Position numbers and translations under genes: made by a program. Under the pieces are notes generated by a model. The model was not told where the DNA came from and did no database searches. It saw only the letters and a list, made by a program, of their open reading frames with translations. From Octopus sinensis (taxonomy: Eukaryota), in the NCBI RefSeq assembly GCF_006345805.1, contig NC_043019.1, positions 30,503,360-30,567,359 on the forward strand: 64,000 bases of DNA, given 5' to 3'. Positions 25,279-38,621 of the stretch are shown piece after piece. Numbering within the stretch: the stretch's first letter is position 1; every line of letters begins with the position of its first letter.

Positions 25279-28200
25279 TGTGTGTGCTTGTGTGTCTGTG
25301 TTTGTCCCCCTAGCATTGCTTGACAACCGATGCTGGTGTGTTTATGTTCCCGTCACTTAGCGGTTCGGCAAAAGAGACCGATAAAATAAGTACTAAGCTT
25401 ACAAAGAATAAGTCCTGGGGTCGAGTTGCTTGATTTAAGGCGGTGCTCCAGCATGGCCGCAGTCAAATGACTGAAACAAGTAAAAGAGTAAAGAGTAAGA
25501 AAAATGGGTGTCAAGGGCAGATAATAATAATTTTTATTCCTTGGATGGAAAAGGCGGAATTCTTGAAGTACTGCAATGTAATACTAGGCCACCTCATAGT
25601 AGAGCTAGAGTAGCTCCTAAGTCTCCACCTAGTTCTAAAATAAGCTTGCTATCTGATATCGTTGAATATGGGTCTTTATCAGATAATAAGCTGATAAAAA
25701 AAAGATACTATACTTTGGTTTTAGTCTTCATCTTCACATGACAAATTTAATTTATCTGCAGCATGAAGTCAGCTTATCTGTTCCCTTTTGAAGGAAAAAA
25801 AAGAAGCCCCCCTTTTTTAATTCTTTATTTATACAATTATTTTGTTCTTATCTCTGTTCTCTGTCTCATTGCAGCCTTCCAACAAGCATTCCCTCGTAAA
25901 CAACTCACCTATCTCTCTGAGATGGGGATGGGGTGGTTTGGCCAGGTAAGAAAATCTATATACTCTTTTCTGTTGTTTTCTTTTTTTTTTTTCAATCTTA
26001 CAGAGGTCCATCTTCTGATTGCTGACCAATAATGCCCAGAGGTCGATCTTTCCAAAGATTGATCTGTGCAAGTTTAAGCTGGATATGAACTGTAGTGAGC
26101 TTGCTTCTCCACCACGAAACTGAGACAGATTACAGAGTCTATAAACACTATCTCTCACTCTCCTTCCCCCTCTCTCTCTCTATCTCTCTCTTTCAAATTA
26201 ATAAGGTGAGGAAGTAAAAGAACTGGGATATATACATTACATCTCTGTATGTATACACACACACATATGTTCTTCCATTGAAGCCTTGTGAGTGGATTTG
26301 GTAGACAGAAACTGAAAGAAGCCCGTCATATATATGTATATATATGTGTGTCTGTGTGTGTGTGTGTGTATATGTTTGTGTGTCTGTATTTGTCCCCCCA
26401 ACATCGCTTGACAACCAATGCTGGTGTGTTTACGTCCCCGTAACTTAGCGGTTTGGCAAAAGAGACCGATAGAATAAGTACTAGGCTTACAAAGAATAAG
26501 TCCTGGGGTCAATTTGATCGATTAAAGGCAGTGCTCCAGCATGGCCTCAGTCAAATGACTGAAACAAGTAAAAGAGTAAAAGAGTAAAGAGTATATATAC
26601 ACACCTCTCCCCTGGACTGGGCACTGGTTCATCACAGGATTACTCCCTTTTGCCAGCTGAGTGGACTGGAGCAATGTGAAATGAAGTGTTTTGCTCAAGA
26701 ATACATTGCTTGGTCCAGGAATTGAACAAAACCACTATCTTTGTGCTTGAGAAGACATGTCAGGCTAAGTGAAATCGTAATTGTGGTCAGTGCTGGTGAC
26801 ATGTAAAAGGCATCCGGGCTAATGACACATAAAGGGCACCAATGCCTGTAACACATAAAAAAAAAGCACATGTACCTGTTGCACATAAATGGCAATTGTG
26901 CCAGTGACGTGTAAAAGGTACCCGTACCTGTGACACATAAATTGCACTCATGCTGGTGACACGTAGAGGGCACCCATGCCAGTAACATGTAAAGGGCACC
27001 TGTGCCAGTGATGTGTAAAATGCACCTGTGCTGATGACACGTAGAGGGCACTCACGCCAGTGACTCATAAAGGGCACCTGTGCCAGTGGTACGTTGAAGG
27101 TACCTGTGCCAGTGACACATAGAAGGCACCCAGCACACTCTGTGGAATGGCTGGCATTAGGAAGGGCATCCAGCTTCAGAAGCCAACCCAAAACAGACTG
27201 GAATCTGGTGCAGCTCTCCAGCTTACCCGTTCCAATCAAACTGTTTAACCAATGCTAACATGGAAAATGGATGTGAAATGATGATGATGATGATGATGAC
27301 GACGACTACAACGATAACGACGATGATTTCAACACCCTAACTACTTAGCCATGCACCTCCACTTTCAGACCAAAGTCCTGGTTCAAATGCTTGCAATGGA
27401 ATGGATTTCACGAAAGGCACCCAAGGACCAGATAACAGATAGGTAACATCATCATCATCATTATCGTTTAATGTCTGCTTTCCATGCTGGCATGGTTTGG
27501 ACGGTTTGACTGAGGACTGGCAAGCCAGTAGGCTGCACCAGGCTCCAATCTGATCTGGCAAGGTTTCTACAGCTGGATGCCCTTCCTAATGCCAACCACT
27601 CCGAGAGTGTAGTGGATGCTTTTTACATGCCACCAGCACAGGAGCCAGTCAGGCGGCACCAACTGAAAAACTACAGAAAAACTACAGAAAAATTTCTGTC
27701 CTTTGTAAGTATGTAATAAAATGATGTGTTTATGTTCATTTTTATCAACCACAAAACGTTTGAACATCAGACCACCTGTCAGGTACATGAAGGTCAAAAT
27801 GACCTATCATATAGATTAGAATCTGTTTAAAGGTAACCTCAAGATTAAGATAAAACTATGTCTGTAATAACTGTTTATACCCACCCCTCACACAAAATCA
27901 TAACTCATTTTGTTACTTTATCTCTTCAATTGTTCTCATAAGTTTCTTCTGTTTTACTACGTGCCATCTTCAATGACTGGCAATTAAACTCTGTAATTGT
28001 TTGTCTATCAAGGTCACTATATATATATATATTTTTTATAACGCTTCATTGTTGTATCACCGATATTATTTTTATCAGTGAACCAACTAACCATTGCTCT
28101 CTCTCCCTCTTATGAAAAGATAAAGGAGAACACTTTTACCTTTCAATAAAACTTTCACCTTTGGGTATTCAGCTGCTGATTTTTGTCAGGTCTATCCAAT

Positions 28201-31200
28201 TCAACTTCCCATTTTCCTCACTGTTGGCCTCTGCTTCTCAAGATCTTCTCTTAAGATCAAGTTTGTCAGTTTTCTTATTCGCCTGCTCTGACTCATCTTC
28301 TGGGCATGTTTAACCCCCCATCATTTCAATGATTTTGTGAATTCAAAAATGTCATTAATTTAGATTCATTTGAAACAATTAACCTGAAAGAGACTCTAAT
28401 CAAAGTGCTAGCTACCTGACCTGCTAGAAATAGCAGTCTGTCTGTCTGTCTCTCACTCACTCGCTCACACACACACACACATGCAATTAATTCAGTGAGG
28501 GACTTTGTGATTATGGAGCTAACCCAAGGCTAAATGACATCAACAATAGGTCTGCTAAATGAGGTTTGACCTGGAGCTAAACAACAACAAAAACTGAAGC
28601 CATAGTCACCACAAGACAGCAAGGGAGCTCCTACATACTCACTCAACTACCAAGAAATGGCAGCCAAAACTCCTTCAAATTACACCCCATCATCTTAAAA
28701 AAAAAAAGAGAGAACAAAAAGGGAAGGACATTTTGAAAATGTAATCAGAGATAAAGCATGTCTGAATAAAAGACGAAACATCTGTGATAATAGGTCTGTA
28801 GTGATGCCTGGTTCCAGACGCTATTTTGGGATTTTCATCCACACATGCGCAGAGATTAGAGCCTTCCGGAAGGCCTGCTGAAAGCCCCTTATACACATGT
28901 GCAGTCATCGGCAGCAACTAGGCTTGACTGCCATTCTCTCTCTCTTCACCTCGGCTGCCGACCGAGCGGGAGGCAACTTGACCAGCTCCGTGTGGCTGGA
29001 ATTCTGAAGGCGATCCACGACTTTGGCAAATCTGTGAAGAATGCCTTCACAATTGTGATTAAACCGACTTAATAATAACAACAACAACAATCTTTCTACA
29101 ATAGGAACAAGACCTAATATATTTGGGGAGGGGACTATTCGATTACATTGATCCCAGTAATTGACTGATACTTATTTTGTTGATCCCTAAAAGATGAAAG
29201 GCAAATTTGACTTCGGGAGAATTTGAACTCAGAGCGCGAAGACAGTTGAAATGCTGCTAATTATTTAGTCTGGCATGTTAATGATTCAGCCAACTTCCTG
29301 CCTTAATGATAATGATTATAATAATAATGATAATGATGATCTTTCTCTGTTTTATTGCTGATATTGGCTAAGCTGTTTTAACCATTGTTAATCTGTAAAC
29401 TCTTTTTCATTTTGTAAAGGTTGTCCAAGGAATTGCTGATAATGTTTTGGTTGGAGTTAGACAAAGTAATGTTGTTGTTCAAGTACTTCGAGATGATGCA
29501 AGCGCTCTTGAAATGCAGAAGTTCCTCCAAGAAGTTGCTGGTTATCGGTAAGTTTTGGTATAACTATACTAATAACCTGTTCTTAGAACTCAATTTACAC
29601 ATGCTTCAGTCAAGGCGGCACTGGCATCAGTCACGTTCGGATGGTGCTTTTTACATGCCATCGGCAAGGGGTATATATATATATATATATGTATATATCT
29701 TATAATAATTCTGCTTGTCACTTTGTTACTTAGCCCATCCATAACGCTTTCACATGATTAGTTGAGGGGGAGGGAGAGGTGGTGGTGAGTGAAATGCGTA
29801 ATTTTTTTCTTTTTTTAACCAAGTTTTCTTTCTCTGTCACTTTCATCTGTAATGCTTTCATATGATTAATTGAAGGGAAAAACGAAGAGTGAAAGAGAAA
29901 GTAGAGAGAAAAAAGGGTATGGCAAAGAGTGAGAGAGAAAGAGGAAGAGTATTGTGTATTAAGTCTATAAAATTGTGCATAAAGTATATGAAATGTATAT
30001 ATAAAGTGCATTTAGTATATATTCCAATTTCCTTCACTTTTCAATGATTAGCAAATAAGCAACTGTCTTGTGATATAGACACAACACAGGATATACTTTC
30101 TGGTTTTTTGGATAAAATTTTCAGAAATAACCCAATAAATTTACCATTAATTCTGTGAAATATTCACAGGACCCCTACTATATATATTATATATATTTAT
30201 ATACTCATATGTATATATATATATGTATGTGTGTGTATGTGTTCATGTGTCTGTGTTTGTCCACCCACAACATCGCTTGACAACCGATGCTGGTGTGTTT
30301 ACGTCCCCATCACTTAGCGGTTCGGCAAAAGAGACCGATACAATAAGTACTGGACTTACAAAGAATAAGTCCCGGGATCGAGTTGCTCGATTAAAGGCGG
30401 TGCTCCAGCATGGCCACAGTCAAATGACTGAAACAAATAAAAGAGTAAAAGAGAGTATATGCGTATTATATGCTGCTTGTTTGTATTGAGTACTTCATTT
30501 TTCATTGTGCACTCAAACATATGTGTGTGTATGCATACATTCAGATGCAGTGAAGACATATGGCTTAGTGGTTAGCATCTTTGGCTCATGAGTGTGAGGT
30601 TGTGAGCTTGATTCTTGGTGGCACATTGTCACATCGTTCCAGTCCACTCATTTAGCAAAAATGAGTCGCACTTCTAGTTCAAAGGCCCAGCCTTGTCACA
30701 CTCTGTGTCATGCTGAATCTCCCTGAGAATTATGTTAAGGGCACATCTGACTGTGGAGTGCTCAGCCACTTGCACGTTAATTGCACGAACAGGCTGTTCC
30801 ACTAATCAAATCAAATGGAACTCTCGTCATTGTTGTTTGTTCCTTCTCGAGCCATGCCTGGCTCATAAGAGCCGGTTTCCTGGTTTCCTTGGCATATAGG
30901 TTCCCCACCTGGCCAGGACACCGGTCTGTCACAGGTGAGCTGCAAGATGCAGGAGGAAAGAGTGAGAGAAAGTTGTGGCGAAACAGTCAGCAGAAGCGTG
31001 GAACTTAGGTGTTTCGCTCCTAAACACACATATCGCCCGGTCTGAGATTCGAACCCGCGATCCCTCGACCGCGAGTCCGCTGCTCTAACCACTAGGCCAT
31101 GTGCCTCCACTCTCGTCATTGTAACCAACAGGGTACCAGTTAGTTACATACAGATGCACCCACATGTACACAAACACAAATATATATTTTCATTTGTAAT

Positions 31201-32756
31201 GTATTCTCTCTTCCTCTCTATTTCCACAGGATATTAGATCATCCTAACGTACTCCGACTACTTGGAATGTGTACTGAAGCCATCCCATTCCTCATACTCT
31301 TTGAATATTTCCCACTGGTTTGTATATCCAATCATTTGTTTGCTTTTTCTCGCGATTTATTATTAACATTATTGATTAGTCATCATCATCATCATCATCA
31401 TCATCATTGTTTAACGTCTGTTTTCCATGCTAGCATGGGTTGGACGGTTTTGACTGAGGGCTGGCAACCAGATGGCTGCACCAGGCTCCAGTCTTGATCT
31501 GGCAGTGTTTCTACAGCTGGATGCCCTTCCTAATGCCAACCACTCCGAGAGTGTAGTGGGTGCTTTTTACGTGCCACCGGCACAGGTGCCAGTCAGGCGG
31601 TACTGGCAATGACCTCGCTCGAATCTTTTACACATGCCACTGACACAGGTACCAGTGAAGCGATGTTGGTAACGATCATGCTCGAATGTTGCCCTTTTTA
31701 CGTACCACGGTATATATATATATACATTGTGTCCGTAAAGTCATGGTTGGGTTTCAAAACTGTTTATCGATGTAACTTGCAACACTCCACATTTCATATC
31801 CATGTTGAATAAGAGACCAACTAATAAAGTTTACATAGAGTTTAGTGCAATTTCGATGTGGCTTCCATTTGTTGTCCTACACACATCTAATCAATATTCC
31901 TGTTGGATGAATGAAGCAAACCTTACTGACACACTGTGTGTGTGTGTGTGTGTGTGCGTGTAATGTGTGTATGTATATGTATACACACACACACACATAC
32001 AAGGGGGTGCTGAAATGTTCGTAGTTTTGGGCAAAAGAAAATACAGGAGGATCGGTTAGCTATGACTTTATTCAACATATCTCCCTCCCTGCTTGACACA
32101 CGTATTGCAGTGGCCCTTCAGATTTTTGAAGTCCATATAAAAGAACTCAGAAGATTGGGCCTCCAGCAAGGCCTTTTATGGTACCCTTAAAACCAGGATC
32201 TTTTCTGCACCCCTCATATATATATATATATATGTATATATACTGCAAATTTAGGGTGAATACTTGATAAATGTAAGTACCTGTATACGCCAGCTAGTGG
32301 CAGAGGTGAGAGGGAATATATCAAATAAAATCAAAAACAGAACACAAAGGGTGTCGCGGTACACATGTTTCAAGCTTTATAAACGACCTGTATATATATA
32401 TGTATATATGAGAAGAAAATGGATGTAATAACAAGGGGAAACTCGTGGTTTTCGCTGGTATGCCTTTGATTTAATTAGATAACAAAGAAGAAGGAAGCAA
32501 TGATAAAGGTAGCATTTACAATCGTTTCGATTTACTAGTTTTAGTAAATCTCTTCAGAATAGATTGATACATCGGTTAGGATGCGAAAATAATTGATACA
32601 TATGTGTTGGTAACAGAGGCGAAGTTAGTAAGTCTTACTTTAAATTTTGTTCTTGAGCTGGTAATTTCGCTGGGGAGAGGTTTCATTGTAGAAGATTGGT
32701 TAGTTTCGTTGGGCAATTAGAGCGGGGTGAATATTATTTTTTTGGAACCCTACACC

Positions 32757-32800
<44 letters not shown>

Positions 32801-35800
32801 GAGGGCATGCTGAAAAGTTCCTGGCTTCAGGTAAAAGAAAATACAGGAGGATCAGTTAATTATGATTTTATTGAACATATTCCCCTCTCACATTTACACA
32901 CTTATATACGTATATATGTATATATATTAATCAAAGTATTATATATCCATTACAGCCGATCTTATCAATCGGTTTCACACAGGGTTCTACACAGTGTTAG
33001 GTAACAGTCTGATTATGTAACCCTGTGCTCGTCAGAGATAGCTGTTATGGAATTAAATATAGCGACTGTGTATATACACGTGTGCATGCAAACACACATG
33101 CACAAGCTAGAGACTTGTGTCCAAATACTTACAATTGAGTTGACTCTGCTCATGGTACTAAGAGTGAAGTTAAACTGAATGAGGGATTAATCCTTTGCCT
33201 GTCCTGTGTACTACATGTGATGCCCATCTTATATTTCTCTGGCTTCATGCATTATATATAATACACATTCTCAATATTTTTCAACTATGAGAGTAATCGT
33301 TTCCAATTAGTTTTGTAAGTTCAACAGAGGATCATAGGTGTTGTCCCTTTTACTTCTCAGTCATAATTAAAAGCAGTTATTACTAAGGAGTGTTTTTGTT
33401 ACAAATCAGTCTGAAGGACTATTGGGTTTGATAAATTTGTTTTTTTTTTTTTTTTTGTTCTTATTTTTGCTTATTTGGTACACACGCATCATATGTCTGA
33501 AAAAAAAAAAGGTAAAATCTATTCAAAAAGTAAAATCTGTTCAAAATTGCAAGCAGTATAGATATGTGTTGTATAGAAAGAATGGAGCAATAAAGGATCT
33601 TATAAAATACTACGATAAAAATATTTTTTTATATTAATTCGAATAACATTGAAAAGGATTAAAATAAACGGGGGTAAAAATCGAATCCGTCTGTCAAGCA
33701 AATACTGAAAACCAAGGGAAGCAACTCTTCCGTTCAACCCGAAACGTATCTCTTCATAGTTGGGGAATTTTTCTCTCACCTACGAAACCTCAAGATTTTT
33801 GTCTCCCCACATCATACAAGCTTATTCATATTTACAAATTCGATTAAAGAATTGGTACCCACATAGATCACCGCTATGTTCATTGGATTCTAGTTCTTAT
33901 TACATTATATGTACGTAGAGCGTGATTGTGCGTGGTGTAGTGGTTAGAGTGTTGCACTCAGATCTCAGGATTCCGGTTTGATTCTCAGACCAACGGTTTT
34001 GTGTGTTCGGTAGATTTTGACTTTACCGTGTGTTCTTCAGCAAAACAATTAATTTCAAGTCGCTCCAGTCCACTCGACTGTAAATGGGTGACCCTGCAAC
34101 GGACTGGCGTTCCATTCAGGAGGAACGTTCGCCTGTCCACTTAACCACCAGCGGGGTGGTATCACTTGAAAGCTAAAGTAATGCAAGAAAACGCATTGTG
34201 ACCGGCGGTGTGTGACAACATAAGATAGTCTGGTCAGTAAAGCAATACAATGATATATATATATATATATATATATATATTTCTTTACTACCCACAAGGG
34301 GCTAAACGCAGAGGGGACAAACAAGGACAGACAAAGGGATTAAGTCGATTACATCGACCCCAGTGCGTAACTGGTACTTAATTTATCGACCCCGAAAGGA
34401 TGAAAGGCAAAGTCGACCTCGGCGGAATTTGAACTCGGAACGCAACAACAGACGAAATACGGCTACGAATTTCGCCCAGCGTGCTAACGTTTCTACCAGC
34501 TCGCCGCCTGATATATATATATATGTGTGTATGTGTGTGTGTGTCTATGATGTATATAGAACACATCAACACACATGCGTATATGCACGCTTGCGTACGT
34601 AGATTCTGCAAAAGGGCTTTACTCAAAACATTAATGATTTCACCTCCCATGGCATACAAACATATGAACTTTATTATATGCGTTTATCTGAGTGAATTTA
34701 ACTTTTTCTCTATATTATAGGGTGATCTGAAGAATTACCTCATTGAACAGGAAAATAAACTACCAATGCATAAAGAGAGGAAACTCTTGTTACATTTTGC
34801 TGTCGATGTTGCTTGTGGTTTGGCCTGTCTTCATCGTCACAACTATGTTCATTGGTAAGTGTGTACAGGATCTGATCATCGTCTTCAGTGTCTCAACGAC
34901 GTTCATTGTTAGATTTTTTGGTAAATTTTTTGAGTAACACCCACACGATTTTCACTAAGAAACAAATAACTCAGATTTTTTGCGTGGAATCAAGTACCCT
35001 GACCTCCTAATACGCTGCAAATCCCTAATTTTGGTTTGGGAAAAGGAGGGGACGGGGGGGAGGAGTCCTTCACCTTTTTTCCGAACCAAAATAAGGGACT
35101 TGCTGCATATTAGGAGGTCAGGGTACTTGATTCCATGCAAAAAAATCCGAGTTCTTTTATTCCTAGTGAAAATCATGCAGGTGTTACTCAAACAATTTAC
35201 CGATTTTTTAACCTCTGTAAACAAGTGAAAAAATAAAAAGAGGTGGGGTACACTGCGATAGTTGAAGACAGATACAAGTATACCTCAAGTTACGGTGATT
35301 ACGTCTTCAGCCCATAGGTCGTTTTTTTCTTTTTCTTTTTTCTAAATAACTGGAGGAAAATATTCTTAATTTCAGTTGATTTATTCGCATTTATGATGAT
35401 CTCAGCGAACATGCTAATAAACATAAAAATTTTCAAACCACTTAAAAGCCAATACTGAAGTAGAAAAATCAAATAGAATACTTGTGAATATATATTTAAA
35501 CCATTTATATTGAGATGTTTTTACCTATCTATAGTCAATATATTTAGGTACACAGCTTCACTTATCTGTTATTATATATTTAGTCTATTTGTTAATCTAT
35601 AGTCAAAGTATTGAGAGAAATAAAGATCTTTAAAGAATATTTTTATGGAGTGGTTTAATGGTTGGCCAGAACTGGTAGAATATTAATGCAATGGAGATGT
35701 TAAAAGACCAAAGAATTACTGTACAACTGTGGTTCTTGACCACTGGGCTGTAAACCAATACTGGGCCATGTAGCAACTTGATACCAGGCCAAACAGAACA

Positions 35801-35862
35801 AATAAATCTTTTAATTTTATTTCTGTTGTATTGACTATCTCAGTCTGAAGAGTGTTTTTTGC

Positions 35863-35909
<47 letters not shown>

Positions 35910-36149
35910 ATAGGCGTAGGAGTGGCTGTGTGGTAAGTAGCTTGCTTACCAGCCACATGGTTCAGTCCCACTGTGTGGCACCTTGGGCAAATGTCTTCTA
36001 CTATAGCCTCAGGCCGACCAAAACCTTGTGAGTGGATTTGGTAGACGGAAACTGAAAGAAGCTCATCGTATATTTGTTACAGGGATCGTAAACACACCAG
36101 CATCGGTTGTCAAACACACACACAAACATATATACACACACACACACAA

Positions 36150-36195
<46 letters not shown>

Positions 36196-36241
36196 CATCA
36201 TCATCATCATCATCGAAAACGGATGCTAAACGATGATGATG

Positions 36242-36281
<40 letters not shown>

Positions 36282-36656
36282 TTGTGTGTGTGTTTGACAA
36301 CCGATGCTGGTGTGTTTACGACCCCTGTAACTTAGCGGTTCGGCAAAAGTGACCGACAGAATAAGTACTAAACTTACAAAGAATAAGTCCTGGGGTCGAT
36401 TTGCTTGACTAAAGGCGGTGCTCCAGCATGGCCACAGTCAAATGACTGAAACCAGTAAAAGAGAGATGACCTTATGCTTAACTTTAAAAGAAATTGTCTT
36501 TAAAATTCATTTTCCTTTTCCACAATTTTTTACTTGTAGTGATCTTGCTCTGCGTAATTGTTTGGTAACCAATGATCTGTCTGTAAAAGTTGGTGATTAT
36601 GGCCTGGCTGAAGATATATATAAGGTCAGTATTTTATATATATTTATGAATAGGAT

Positions 36657-36697
<41 letters not shown>

Positions 36698-38574
36698 CTG
36701 CAATCTGGTTTAACCCTTTCGCATTTAAACTGTCCAAGTTCGGCCAAAATATTCTACCTGTTTTGTTCAAACTTGCCAGATCTTGCCTCTCGCACCTACC
36801 CAACAATATCAGTCCAAAATTAAGCAATCACATCATTGAGATCTTGAAGCTATGAAATAATGCATGATTAATTGAAAACAATTGTTACTAAATAAATAAG
36901 CTTTACATTTATTTGACAGAGTAACCTGAAAGCTGAAGGGTTAACATCCTGGTTGTCATCATTTCACTTCATTCTCATTGGACAAAAATTATGCACATCA
37001 TAGCTTTCCCTTCTTACCCCTCTCCTCCACCACCACCACCACACATATGCATGCACACACATGCACGCACACACATTAAGTATCTCATGCTTTATGTCCT
37101 ATATAAATAAAAATATCAAACAATCAAAACCATCAGAAAGTTATTTACACTGCAAACATTTGAATGTAGGTCAACATACCAAACAGGTCATTGTTATAGT
37201 GGGGTCACCACTTGTAAGGTCATCAACGCTCATCAAAAGGTATATTTAATTCATAATAATATAGCTTCCTACTGTCACATGCTACATGATGGATCTAGAA
37301 GTTTATTTTTCGACATAATTACAAGGGAATGGATAGCTGCTGTTTTTTTTTTATATTTAGCCCCCAGGTCAGCCCTTATCAAATAGACCTATCATCAAAT
37401 ACATTCCAACTGTGACCATTCCATCTTTTTATTGTGTGCAGAGGAACACAATAAATAAAAAATAAAAGATTAAAAATATATTTATATATATGTATGTTCA
37501 CACATGATCAGTTTCCATGAACCAAATTCCCTCATAAGTTGCTGGCCTGGGGTTATATATAGCAAAAGACACTTGCCTCAGATGCTGCACAGTGGGACTG
37601 AACCCAAAGCCATATGGTTGCAAAGCAATCTTCTTAACCACAAAATCATACATGTACTCACATCTATCTATGTGTTGTTAAATTTTTTGTTTGTTAGTAG
37701 ACCAGGTCTTTATATGTCTGGTATAATTCTTTATGTGGAGGCGCAATGGCCCAGTGGTTAGGGCAGCGGACTCGCGGTCGGAGGATCGTGGTTTCGATTC
37801 CCAGACCGGGCGTTCTGTGTGTTTATTGAGTGAAAACACCTAAAAAGCTCCATGAGGCTCCGGCAGGGGATGGTGGCGACCCCTGTTGTACTCTTTTGCC
37901 ACAACTTTCTCTCACTCTCTCTTCCTGTTTCTTGAGTAACACTGCGATGGACTGGTGTCCCGTCCAGCTGGGGGGAACACATACGCCACAAAAACCAGGA
38001 AACCGAGCCCATGAGCCTGGCTAGGCTTGAAAAGGGCGAACGTTTATCGTTTATAATTCTTTATACATCATTTCAACAACAATTGTATAAATATATTTAA
38101 AATGTCTATTGTAGGAGGATTATTATGATACAGGATGTGACTTGTTGCCAGTCCGGTGGATGGCTCCTGAGACTCTTACTTTACAAAAAGGAGTTTGGCG
38201 TACAAAGGCTTTTACACCTCAGGCCAATATTTGGTAAGCATCTGAGTTCAAGTCTTTTACAGAATCTTCTTGTTTTTTTTTTTCTTTCTAAACCAACCAT
38301 GTCCAGCCCAGATATTCTACACATTTTATGTTCAAACTGGCCAGATTTGGCCTCTCACACTTAGCACAAAATGTCAATCTAAAAATATACAATCACATCA
38401 TTTGAAATCTTGAAGCTGTGAGATAATTGTATGATTAATTCAAAACAATTTGAATAAATAAGCATTATATTTAACAGAGTAATCTGAATGCTAAAGAACT
38501 AATTTTTTGCTTTGTCAAAAGAAATTTTCTCAATTTGAAAATTATTATTTCTATTTAACAAGCATGTTGTTGTT

Positions 38575-38621
<47 letters not shown>

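Noticed and set aside
35275-35320. Minus-strand CUGAAGA followed by a weak hairpin
   Set aside because: GUAA instead of GAAA, and no consistent stems I or III.
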